A stretch of 64,000 bases of DNA, taken from assembly GCA_030390025.1 (NCBI GenBank), contig CM059431.1:98148001-98212000 (forward strand), in the 5' to 3' direction. The notes under the pieces were generated by a model that ran no database searches, was not told where the DNA came from, and saw nothing but the letters and a program-made list of their open reading frames with translations. Positions 51,269 to 62,123 of this stretch are shown here, piece after piece. Within the stretch, counting starts at the first letter, position 1. Each line of letters begins with the position of its first letter. The position numbers and the translations under genes were made by a program. Origin of the DNA: Squalus acanthias. Its lineage: Eukaryota.

Positions 51269-53302
51269 TAGGTGGGCGGGGCTAGGCGTGAGCAGGTGCT
51301 GCTGGGTGCTTGATTACTGCAGGGAGTTGGAGTGAGTTTGTAAAAAGTTGGTGGTGGGTTTTTGGGGGATTTTTTTTCAGGTTTTAGTGCCTTTTTGGTC
51401 CTTAAACAGCAGCTGCTAAGGGGCCCGAAGTCCAGGCCCTTCAGAGGACAATGTTCTCAGGATGAATTTAATCAGGGGAGAAAATGTTGGGGGAAGGGAG
51501 AAAAAAAGGCCCAAAGATTTGGGCCAGGACCCCAGGAGGTTTGGAAAAGAAAACACGGTGGTGGTTCAGTGCGAGGATAAGGAGATACGAGCTTGGGATA
51601 TTATCCAGGCGGAACATGAGGACTGCAGCGATGGAAGCTGCTTTGCCTGCCGACCAAAGCCGAATGTTGGGTTCGAGGTGACGGTCAGTGGCTAAGAGGA
51701 GGTGGAAAGACTTTTACTGAGTTTGAAGGTTGGAGATAAGTTCTTGGAGATATCTCTGCTATATTCTGAAGAGGTGGTGGACTCATTCTTAAACCTGTCG
51801 GTTTATAGTGAGGACGATGTGCTAATAAAAAAGTTGGAGTGGTGGGACATTAAAATTTGCTCGGCAATAAAGAGGAGATACTATCCAGGAACACGGGTAG
51901 CAGATGGAACCCGTTATGTAAAGGTGCGGTTCCCAGAGGGGGTGAAGTCATTGCCGTATAGCATGAAATTCGAGACAATGGAAGGAGTGCAGTACTTCCG
52001 GGTACTGCATGATAACCAGGTGAAGGTTTGTTATTATTGTCTTGGACACAACCATCTTGTAAGAAACTGTCTGGACTTGTACTGTTATAATTGCGGCGAG
52101 TCTGGACACATCGCTCGGAGCTGCAAGGTGGAGAGCTGTGGGGTGTGTCACAAAGACCCCACCCGCTGTGAGTGTGAGGCAGAAGGAAGCCCTATGAGTG
52201 ACGAGGAGATGGGAGAAGGAGCAGGAGCAGGAGGTGTGAGTGGAGCGGCTGGAGGAGCGGAGCAGGCGGAGGACACAGCTGGTGAATGGAAGGAGAAAAG
52301 AGCGCAGGAAGAGGCAGAAAATTGCGGAGCAGAGAACAGGATGGAGATGGTGGAAAACACACCAAGTACGGTGGAAAAGGACAAAGACAGCAGAGGGCAG
52401 CACGGGTCGAGGGCAGAGTCGAGCTATAATACGGTTCAGCTCTCCCTAAAGAATCTGGTGTCCGCGGGGGGAGAGGAGGCGGGAGTGGGGTGCGGGGTAA
52501 GTGTAAGTACTCCAAAGAAAGATGGGGAGTCGGACATCTCAGGGAGCAGGAGGGGGCAAGACAAGGAGAGGGTGCAAGAGGCAGGAGCCTTAAAGGGGCA
52601 GCAGGACGGGAGAGGGGAGACAAAGACGCCAGAAAGAAGTAAGATAGGTGCGCCATTGTCCCAGAGAGAGAAGAAACAGGGAGCAAGGGTCAGCGGTGGA
52701 GATGAAGCCGAAGGGAGGTGCACTGTTGGAGAAACCGTGATAGCAGGAAGACTCTCTAAGGGAGATTATGTATCTGACGGGGAGCAGGGACGGGAGGTTA
52801 CAGAAGAGCTCGAGAGTGAGCAGGCAGAGGGGGACAGAGACATGGAAGTGGGGGGTGGGGTGGCATCGTGTGGAAAGGGAAAGGTTAGTGAGGGGCAGAA
52901 GGAGGGCGAATGGGCAGCTCCTCAGACCAAACCTAATGCAAGGAAGAGGCTGAAACTGCAGGGAAGGTTCAAACAGGAGGTGAAAAAGAGCTGGAGGCTG
53001 CAGGAGAAAGCAACAGCTGCCCGAAAAGTTGGGAAGGAGCATGAGAGGAGGGAAGGGCCGGAGATTAAATGATGGGGGATTATCAAGCACACTCCCCTTA
53101 TTCGGAGCCATGATTACTGATCAATTTTTAAAGTGCAATAGATTAGTATATGTTATGGGAGACAAATTAAACTTCAGGTTTTGATGTTAATATGTGGTGG
53201 AGGAATGGCTGTGCAGAGCGGCGGAATGGATTTGTATGATACAATGGAATGATCACAATGTAAATGTTTTTAATGTTCAATAAATAATATATTTTTTAAA
53301 AG
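51269..53302 (+). mobile_element. Tx1/L1-clade non-LTR element carrying ORF1 only (ORF2 deleted), 15-bp TSD
   Basis: TSD GTGGGTCGCAC(G/C)CTC at 51254-51268 and 53303-53317; AATAAA at 53279 followed by an A/T-rich tail. Confidence 0.82.
51462..53072 (+). pseudogene. Tx1-type ORF1 (gag-like, ZCCHC3-like, two CCHC knuckles) with one in-frame stop at 51693-51695
   Basis: ORFs 51462-51695 and 51702-53072 share a frame; YPGTRVADGTRYVKVRFP..SLPYS; CYYCLGHNHLVRNC and CYNCGESGHIARSC; acidic low-complexity C-terminus. Confidence 0.85.
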
Positions 53303-53435
53303 GTGGGTCGCACCCTCGCCTCTGAGTCAGAAGGTCGTGGGTTCAAGTCTCACTCCCAAGACTTGAGCACATAATCCAGGCTGACACTCCCAGTGCAGTG
53401 CTGAGGGGGTGCAGCATGGTCAGAGGTGCCGTCTT
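53303..53435 (+). mobile_element. Remainder of the SINE head split by the Tx1 element (first part at 51236-51268); single 33-bp unit
   Basis: cctctgagtcagaaggtcgtgggttcaagtc...ggtgccgtc. Confidence 0.85.
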
Positions 53436-53436
53436 C

Positions 53437-54246
53437 TCTCAAGTGTAGTCGCTGTTGTAATGTAGGAAACGTGTCAGCCAATTTGTGCACAGGAAGCTCC
53501 CACAAATGTGATAGTGATCAGAAAACCTGTTGTTAGTGATGTTGGTTGAGGGATAAATATTGACCAGGGCACGGGGGAGAACTCCCCTGTTCTTCTTCGA
53601 AACAGTGCCATGGGATCTTTTACATCCACCTGAGAGGGCAGACGGGGCCTCGGTTTAACATCTCATCCGAAAGACAGCACCTCCGACAGTGCAGCACACC
53701 CTCAGTAATGCCCCTCCGACAGTGCAGCGCTCCCTCAGTACTGCCCCTCCGACAGTGCAGCGCTCCCTCAGTACTGCCCCTCCAACAGTGCAGCACACCC
53801 TCAGTACTGCCCCTCCGACAGTGCAGCGCTCCCTCAGTACTGCCCCTCCGACAGTGCAACACTCCCTCAGCACTGCCCCTCCAACAGTGCAGCACTCCCT
53901 CAGTACTACCCCTCCGACAGTGCAGCACTCCCTCAGTACTGACCCTCCGACAGTGCGGCGCTCCCTCAGTACTGCCCCTCCGACAGTGCAGCGCTCCCTC
54001 AGTGCTGCCCCTCCGACAGTGCGGTGCTCCCTCAGTACTGCCCCTCCGACAGTGCGGCACTCCCTCAGTACTGCCCCTCCGACAGTGCAGCACTCCCTCA
54101 GTACTGCCCCTCCGACAGTGCAGCGCTCCCTCAGTACTACCCCTCCGACAGTGCGGCACTCCCTCAGTACTGCCCCTCCGACAGTGCAGCGCTCCCTCAG
54201 TACTGCCCCTCCGACAGTGCAGCACTCCCTCAGTACTGCACTGGTG
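53437..54246 (-). mobile_element. Deu-domain SINE body with about 17 internal 33-bp repeats
   Basis: Core 53440-53680; array 53680-54240. Confidence 0.88.
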
Positions 54247-54469
54247 TGTCAGCTACCAGCCGTGCCTATCGAAGGGATTGATACCATCATCCACCTTGCA
54301 GTCACCTTCATCGCCCATCTCTGAATCCCTTCCAGGCACTGACAATCAACAGCGATCTTACTACGACAGCACACAGAGATAAATTCGAAATCTGTCTGGG
54401 CCTTGACACCTGAATTAGGCGACACCTGTTTAGCGCTGGTGCGTTGCTGAAACAGCTTCTCACTGACAC

Positions 54470-55292
54470 TACACAGAATGGACGGCAAGAAACAGGCCAT
54501 TCGGCCCAACTGGTCCGTGCCGGTGTTTCTGCTCCACACGAGCCTCGTCCCACCCCTCTTCATCTCACCCTATCAGCATATCCTTCTATTCCTTTCTCCC
54601 TCATGTGTTTATCCAGCTTCCTCTAAAATGCCTCTCTGCTATTTTCCTCAACCACTCCCTGTGGCAGCGAGTTCCACATTCTCACCACTCTCTGGGTAAA
54701 GAAGTTTCTCCTGAATTCTCTATTAGATTTATTAGTGACTATCTTATATTTATGGCCCCTAGTTCTGGACTCCCCCACAAGTGGAAACATCTTCTCTACG
54801 TCTACCCTATCGAAACCTTTCATAATTTTGAAGACCTCTATTAGGCCAGCCTTCTCTTTTCAAGAGAAAAGAGCCCCAGCCTGTTGAGTCTTTCCTGATA
54901 GTTATAACCCTCAATTCTGGTATCATCCTTGTAAATCTTTTGTGCACTTTCTCCAGTGCCCCTGTATCCATTTTTAGAACATGGAAACCAGACCTGCGTA
55001 CAGTGCTCCAAGTGTGGCCTAACCAAGGGCCAGTATGAATTGACCAATACCTCCATGCTTTAGTATCCTATTCCTCTAGAAGTGAACTCCAGTTATTTGC
55101 TGGCACTCTTTATGTCCTTATCAAATTGTGTTGCTACTTTTAGTGATTTGTGGGGCATAGACGCATTTAAGGGGAAACTAGATAAGTACATGAGGGAGAA
55201 AAGAAGAGGTTATGATGATAGGGTGAGATGAAGAGGGGTGGGAGGAGGCTCGTGTGGAGCATAAACACCGGCACAGACCAGTTGGGCTGAAC
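54470..55292 (-). mobile_element. CR1 3' fragment (minus, to about 55150) abutting a plus-strand CR1 tail (55155-55292)
   Basis: LVRPHLEHCTQVW and FFTQRVVRMWNSLP on the minus strand. Confidence 0.85.
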
Positions 55293-55294
55293 GG

Positions 55295-55449
55295 TGATGG
55301 CACGTGGTCAGAATGTCACGTGATCAGGCATAGCGTGATCAGTCATCACGTGGTCAACAATCACATGATCAGATGTCATGTGGTCAGATGTCACGTGGCC
55401 AAAATATCACATGATCAGATGTCACATGGTCAGAACATCATGTGATCAA
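55295..55449. repeat. Degenerate 15-16 bp tandem repeat rich in E-boxes
   Basis: About 10 units of gtcac(g/a)tg(a/g)tcagat; four CACGTG plus several CACATG/CATGTG. Confidence 0.7.
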
Positions 55450-57477
55450 TTCTCCAGGCATGCCTCCAATCAGAGTTGGCCCCCCAATCATCGGGCCTGT
55501 GCCAGTCTGTATTAATGAATGGATTTGTACACAATATCATTGGTCAATTCAGGTAACGACATGCGCATCTCATTAAACTCCATAAAGTGACAACATTTCC
55601 ATCAACAAGGTTCGAATCACATCACAGTGTCTGCAGAAAGAGAAGGGCCGATTTTAACCCGGGCGGGAATCGGGGGTGCGGGGACTGTAACGTGGGGGTG
55701 GGGAGGGGGGAATCCGTTCTGACCCCCCCCGAGAGCGTGAGGCCCAGGAGATCTTAAATCCCCCCCGGACCCTGACACTGACTCCCGCTCGAAACCTGCA
55801 GGAATGACATCAGCGCGGCCGGCGGGCGAGAGAGGGAGGTTTGGGGGGGGGGGCAGGGGTCAGGGCACCGGTGGGGACCCACGGAAACGGATCCTGTCAA
55901 GGTCAATGAGGAAAGTGGGGAGGGGGAAATCAGCAAAGATCACAATCGGGAGGAGACCATGGTTGCTTTGTGGGACAGGAGGAGCAGGAGCGAGGTCGCC
56001 ATTTAAATTAGGCCCCGCCCCCGCACCGCTGGGTCAAGATCCTTCCCCTGCCTGGTTTCAGGTAAGTTAAGTTAGTGGGGAGGGGGAGGGGGGCTGGAAT
56101 GCTGCACAAACCCCTCCCTCACCATATTAACCCCCCCCACCCGCACCCCACCCGCCCCCCACCCAGACGGGGGCGGAGGGGCTAAACTCAGGGCTAGAGA
56201 AAGTCGACAATGTGCGAGAAAGTTCCTGCTCTCCAATTGTATCGTGTTCCTCCAGCGCAAAGCACCAACGCCGGGAATTCCCTTGTGATCGGCTGGCGTA
56301 ACATCGGCGCAAGATCGGCGGAAGCCTCGCTTACGTGTGTATCCAGGGTTGGCGTCGATCTTCCGCCAAAGTTACGCCGGCCAATTGGTCAGCAACCCCC
56401 TCCCCCGAGGAAATTCGGGGCGATAATCTGAATCGGGAGTTAGAGGGGTAACTTTACAACGCGTCGCTCCCGGGTGAGCGTCACTGGATGGGAGCATCGG
56501 TGTAGAGTTGGCCCTGTACAGTCACCGTCCTTTCACCGACCTGCGCGCCCATCCAGCACCGCTCCGGAATGGGAGCGGAGGCCTTTGGAACTGTCAGACG
56601 TTACACTGGTAAAAATAACACAGCATTAATGTGTCGGAAATTTAGCTGCCAAAGAACCAAATTAGCAAAGATGCAACTCTGAAAATAAACACGAGATTTA
56701 ATGCGAATGATTCGTCTTCACTTTTAATTATCATTGAAACAAAATGATAGTTACAGAGGACTCTCAAATACTCGAAGATATTTAGATACAGATTGCTGAT
56801 TCTACGTTAGTCCCCTCCCCCCGGGAGATCCCATTCCCACTTGGGATGGGTGTGATGGGAACGCACCATACAGTCACATGGTCCTCACTGTCGCTGCACC
56901 AGGGAGATATTGCCCATCCCAGGCAGGTAAATGTCCCACAATCAGACCCAGCACCTCACTGCCTGAAGGGAAAGGGTCTGGGGAAATGCTCACATCCCAG
57001 GGCAGTGCCCACCATTCAATGCCCAACTCCTCCACTCCCCACACACACCCTCCATATCACGCACCCTGTGAGCTGACTGCCAGACACCTCACACAGCAAG
57101 TCCAACCTTCAGAGTCACATCAACTCAGTGAAGAACTGCTCGGAATATCTCCATCATTCAGCAGCTTGCTTTGGGACTTCCAGCAGTGTAACTGGGCTGT
57201 TTTACTGCTTGTCCTGGGATTGGTGAACTCCTCACCAGGAACATCACTGCCCTGAAGAGTGAGCTGGTGTGTGTGTGTTCTGTTCCAGACGGGTGGTCAG
57301 GGATCACAGCACAGTGATCATCTTTACTCAATGACTGCCGGTATGGAGTTACCTAAAGTCACTCCACCACCTAGAGAGTCAGTCTCAGCACCTGGCCCCG
57401 ACCCCTGGCAGCACCTCGCACTAACACACCGATCAACACTCGCACCCCCCAGTATAACTTCACTCAGCGTTACTCAC

Positions 57478-57552
57478 CGCTGCCTCCAAACTCCGAGTCT
57501 GGGCCAGGAGCAGGACGGCTGGGAGCAGCCAGGAGCACATCAAGTGAAACAT
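57478..57552 (-). CDS. Signal-peptide first coding exon, left-arm copy: MFHLMCSWLLPAVLLLAQTRSLEAA
   Basis: gccgATG...GAGGCAGCG|GTGAGT on the minus strand; phase 0 donor. Confidence 0.5.
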
Positions 57553-58651
57553 CGGCTAGACTCTTCCAGTGTCTGGACTTTACATTTGAAGCACTGATCC
57601 CAGCACGGAGACGGAGGAGATAGCTGGAGCCTCCCGCCTCTTCTGAGTCTTGCAACGGCTTTGCTGAAGTAAAGTTACAGAGTGGAGGCGTTCCTCAGTG
57701 TGTCGGAGCAGAAATTGCCAGTGCCTGGGAATCTGCTCTCTGTTCCCAGTTTACACGCTCCTCCCACCTCTCACTCCATCCAACAGGTCCCAGCCCTATT
57801 GCAGAGAGAGGACTCTAGCCTTAACCCTTTGGGGACTGGCTGCATTTTTAAACACTCACTTTAGACATTAGTCCACCCGGAAAATAACTGACTAGATTCT
57901 TTACTGTACTTTGGGAACCCTGAGCCTCATAAAGGATTAAAAAGACTGCACAAAAATGTCGAATATTTTAAGTCACATCATTGTAGATGGCAATCTCCTC
58001 ATGTTTGTAAATGTTTCTGTGTTGGAAGCGTTGGTGATTGACAATTGTACAAACTCTCTCGGTGACAAAGCGCTGATTCCTCAATCTGTAGAAATGTGCT
58101 TTCCCAATCCGTTCCGGAAAAGCTCTGGCCACTGGTTCAGTGCTTCCAGCCTATATATATATCGAGGAACTGGGCATCAGGAGCACAATATCAGACGAGG
58201 CAAATGTATATCTGTAACAAAATCAGTGGTGTAACATTTTCACCAGTGAGGACTTCTCGAAAAACCTGTGAAACGAGTGTTGAAAATTCCCAAAGTACAG
58301 TAAAGAATCTAGTCAGTTATTTTCCGGGTGGACTAATGTCTAAAGTGAGTGTTTAAAAATGCAGCCAGTCCCCAAAGGGTTAAGGCTAGAGTCCTCTCTC
58401 TGCAATAGGGCTGGGACCTGTTGGATGGAGTGAGAGGTGGGAGGAGCGTGTAAACTGGGAACAGAGAGCAGATTCCCAGGCACTGGCAATTTCTGCTCCG
58501 ACACACTGAGGAACGCCTCCACTCTGTAACTTTACTTCAGCAAAGCCGTTGCAAGACTCAGAAGAGGCGGGAGGCTCCAGCTATCTCCTCCGTCTCCATG
58601 CTGGGATCAGTGCTTCAAATGTAAAGTCCAGACACTGGAAGAGTCTAGCCG

Positions 58652-58726
58652 ATGTTTCACTTGATGTGCTCCTGGCTGCTCCCAGCCGTCCTGCTCCTGG
58701 CCCAGACTTGGAGTTTGGAGGCAGCG
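58652..58726 (+). CDS. Signal-peptide first coding exon MFHLMCSWLLPAVLLLAQTWSLEAA; resembles odd-type collagen IV exon 1 (COL4A5/A1-like)
   Basis: 25 codons with a hydrophobic core, ending GAG GCA GCG|GTGAGT (consensus donor, phase 0). From recall, human COL4A5 exon 1 ends EAA in phase 0 and the COL4A1 leader contains WLLLLPAALLL. Confidence 0.62.
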
Positions 58727-59433
58727 GTGAGTAACGCTGAGTGAAGTTATACTGGGGGGTGCGAGTGTTGATCGGTGTGTTAGTGCGAGGTGCTGCCAGG
58801 GGTCGGGGCCAGGTGCTGAGACTGACTCTCTAGGTGGTGGAGTGACTTTAGGTAACTCCATACCGGCAGTCATTGAGTAAAGATGATCACTGTGCTGTGA
58901 TCCCTGACCACCCGTCTGGAACAGAACACACACACCAGCTCACTCTTCAGGGCAGTGATGTTCCTGGTGAGGAGTTCACCAATCCCAGGACAAGCAGTAA
59001 AACAGCCCAGTTACACTGCTGGAAGTCCCAAAGCAAGCTGCTGAATGATGGAGATATTCCGAGCAGTTCATCACTGAGTTGATGTGACTCTGAAGGTTGG
59101 ACTTGCTGTGTGAGGTGTCTGGCAGTCAGCTCACAGGGTGCGTGATATGGAGGGTGTGTGTGGGGAGTGGAGGAGTTGGGCATTGAATGGTGGGCACTGC
59201 CCTGGGATGTGAGCATTTCCCCAGACCCTTTCCCTTCAGGCAGTGAGGTGCTGGGTCTGATTGTGGGACATTTACCTGCCTGGGATGGGCAATATCTCCC
59301 TGGTGCAGCGACAGTGAGGACCATGTGACTGTAAGGTGCGTTCCCATCATGCCCATCCCAAGTGGGAATGGGATCTCCCGGGGGGAGGGGAATAACCCCA
59401 TGACTGGCCCGTGTGGCGAGTGTCGAGAGATGC

Positions 59434-59656
59434 ACCGGTTCCGGTCTGGATCGGTTCCGTGCTGGATCGGTTCCGGGCTGGAACGGTTCCGGGCTGGATC
59501 GGTTCCGTGCTGGATCGGTTCCGGGCTGGATCGGTTCCATGCTGGATCGGTTCCGGGCTGGATCGGTTCCGGGCTGGATCGGTTCCGGGCTGGATCGGTT
59601 CCGGGCTGGATTGGTTCCTGGCTGGATCGGTTCCGGGCTGGATCGGTTCTGGGCTG
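59434..59656 (+). repeat. 16-bp CpG-rich minisatellite, about 13 copies
   Basis: Unit ggatcggttccgggct. Confidence 0.95.
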
Positions 59657-60479
59657 GGTGTGTGGAATACCAGATAATACAAGGATGGTCAGATTTGACT
59701 CCTGGACTTGATTCCATCGCCTAAGGGGGACGGAATGGAATTTGTTCCCCTTATTGGTCGTGGGTTTTTATCTGGGTTTTTCCGCCTCTCCCAGTAGATC
59801 ACACGGCTGCTGGTTGGAGGGCGGGAGGTCTAATCACAATGCTTCAGGCACGTGTGGGGCAGGATTGATGGAGCAGCTGGAATTTTCCTGCCCGTTATGT
59901 TTGTCTGTTGCGATTTACGTGGAGTCAGGAATCTGTGATGAAGTTGTTTTGTGCTCCTGTCATTCTGTGTTAATGACAGGTAAATGGAGATGGATGGTAA
60001 GGAGATGTCCTTTGATGATGGTCTCTGGTTGGAGCCCTCTCAATGATTAGAGCTCAGCCTCTGCTCTACAGACTTCACTCGCGGTTATATACACCCCGTG
60101 CCTCTGATGTACCTCCAACACAGCCCCAAAGCAAGGTCCTCACGCCATTGGCCCTCTAAGATGGACTGGAGATCCAGAGGGGCGATACGAGAGGAGAGGG
60201 GGTGCCTGGGGGTTCACGGTGGGGTACGGGCGCCACTCCCCCGGGAAACCCCAACACCAGAGTAAAAGTGTGTCATTCTCCCCCAGCAGCCTGTGGGGAG
60301 GGTCTAACCTCTGCTCCACAGATCCTTGCATCGGGATGGTGGAGATCAGACACTCACCGTGCGAGGAAGCAAGTTGACACACTGACCCATTCTGTGCCTC
60401 CCTTGGGCTCACTTTTCTTTGTTGCTAAACTCACTCAGTCTATGATTCAAAAAAACAAACAATATTTGGCCTGTTATAA

Positions 60480-60672
60480 GCTTTGGAATTCCCCCCTAAT
60501 CCTCTCCTCCTCTCTACCACTCTCTCCTCCTTTAAGACGCTCTTTAACACCAGCCTCTTCACCTGTCCTAATATCTCTTTATGTGGCTCGGTGTTTGTTT
60601 GATAATCGCTCCTGTGAAGCATCATGGGACGTTTTACTATGTTAAAGGAGCGATAGAAATACAAGTTGTTAT
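60480..60672 (+). mobile_element. L2 LINE 3' tail
   Basis: tggaattcccccct..tcctttaagacgctc..aaaggagcgatagaaatacaagtt, similar to 13728-13925. Confidence 0.7.
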
Positions 60673-60715
60673 TTTGCCGCATTATCATCATAGGTGTGTT
60701 GGTGTTAACACCGGG

Positions 60716-62123
60716 AATGTGTCAGAGAGCGTGTGAGTGTGTAAGAGAGAGTGTGAGTGTGTGAGAGAGTGTGTGAGTGTGTAAGAGAGTGTGAGTGTGT
60801 AAGAGAGAGTGAGAGTGTGTAAGAGAGAGTGTGAGTTTGTAAGAGAGAGTGTGAGTGTGTGAGAGGGTGTGTGAGTGTGTAAGAGAGAGTGTGAGTGTGT
60901 AAGACAGTGTGTGAGTGTGTAAGAGAGAGTGTGAGTGTGTGAGGGCGTGTGAGTGTGTAAGAGAGAGTGTGAGTGTGTAAGAGAGTGTGTGAGTGTGTAA
61001 GAGAGCGTGTGAGTGTGTAAGAGGGCGTGTGAGTGTGTAAGAGAGCATGTGAGTGTGTAAGAGAGTTTGTGAGTGTGTCAGAGATTGTGTGAGTGTGTAC
61101 GAGGGAGTGTGAGTGTGTAAGAGAGTGTGAGTGTGTAAGAGTGTGTGAGTGTGTAAGAGAGTGTGAGTGTGTGAGAGAGCGTGTGAGTGTGTAAGAGAGA
61201 GTGTGAGTGTGTAAGAGAGTGTGTGAGTGTGTAAGAGATTGTGTGAGTGTGTGAGAGAGCGTGTGAGTGTGTAAGAGATTGTGTGAGTGTGTAAGAGAGC
61301 ATGTGAGTGTGTAAGAGAGAGTGAATGTGTAATAAATTGTGTGAGTGTGCAAGAGATTATGTGAGCATGTAAGAGAGCGTGTGAGTGTGTAAGGGAGAGT
61401 GAGTGTGTCAGAGATTGTGTGAGTGTGTAAGAGAGTGTGAGTGTGTAAGAACAAGTGAGTGTGTAAGAGAGAGTGAGTGTGTAAGCGCATGTGTGAGTGT
61501 GAGAGTGTGAGTGTGTAAGAGTGAGTGAGTGTGTAAGAAAGAGTGAGTGTGTAAGAGAGAGTGTGTTTGTGTAAGAAAGAGTGAGTGTGTAAGAGAGAGT
61601 GTGAGTGTGTAAGAGTGAGTGAGTGTGTAAGAAAGAGTGAGTGTGTAAGAGAGAGTGTGTTTGTGTAAGAAAGAGTGAGTGTGTAAGAGAGAGTGTGAGT
61701 GTGTAAGAGAGCGTGAGAGTGTGTAAGAGAGAGTGTGAGTGTGTAAGAAAGTGAGTGTGTAGGAGAGAGTGTGAGTGTGTGAGAGAGAGTGTGTAAAAGA
61801 GAGTGAGAGTGTGTAAGAGAGAGTGAGTGTGTAAGAGATTGTGTGAGTGTGTAAGAGAGAGAGAGTGTGTAAGAGAGTGTGTGAGTGTGTAAGAGGGAGA
61901 GAGTGTGTAAGAGAGAGTGAGTGTGTGTAAGAGAGAGTGAGTGTGTAAGAGAGTGCGTGAGTGTGTAAGAGAGAGTGAGTGTGTAAAAGAGAGTGAGAGT
62001 GTGTAAGAGAGAGTGAGTGTGTAAGAGAGTGTGTGAGTGTGTAAGAGAGAGTGAGTGTGTGTAAGAGAGAGTGAGTGTGTAAGAGAGTGCGTGAGTGTGT
62101 AAGAGAGAGTGAGTGTGTGAGAG
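60716..62123 (+). repeat. GT/GA compound minisatellite (gtgagtgtgtaagagaga-like, 18-22 bp)
   Basis: Direct inspection. Confidence 0.95.

Larger units (their letters stand above)
56811..59391. repeat. Large inverted repeat: arms 56811-57917 and 58287-59391, 369-bp spacer
   Basis: Arms are reverse complements; I see about six substitutions and one 2-bp GT indel; mirrored ORFs appear in the track. Confidence 0.97.

Noticed and set aside
51702..53072. Host ZCCHC3-like gene or retroviral gag
   Set aside because: In-frame stop, TSD, polyA signal with tail, and no LTRs or pol point to a Tx1 ORF1 retrocopy.
21282..54382. ORFs with HCRRGSTEGAP or STAPPTVQRSL repeats (mucin-like)
   Set aside because: Translations of the SINE-internal 33-bp minisatellite.
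56811..59391. Foldback or DNA transposon explanation for the inverted repeat
   Set aside because: No evident TSD (gttag versus ataac), no transposase, no internal subrepeats, and the arms contain an exon-like unit. Not fully excluded without a copy-number search.
56846..59401. Mirrored 60-125 aa ORFs listed in the palindrome arms
   Set aside because: No recognisable protein features; only the short leader exon has supporting start and splice signals.
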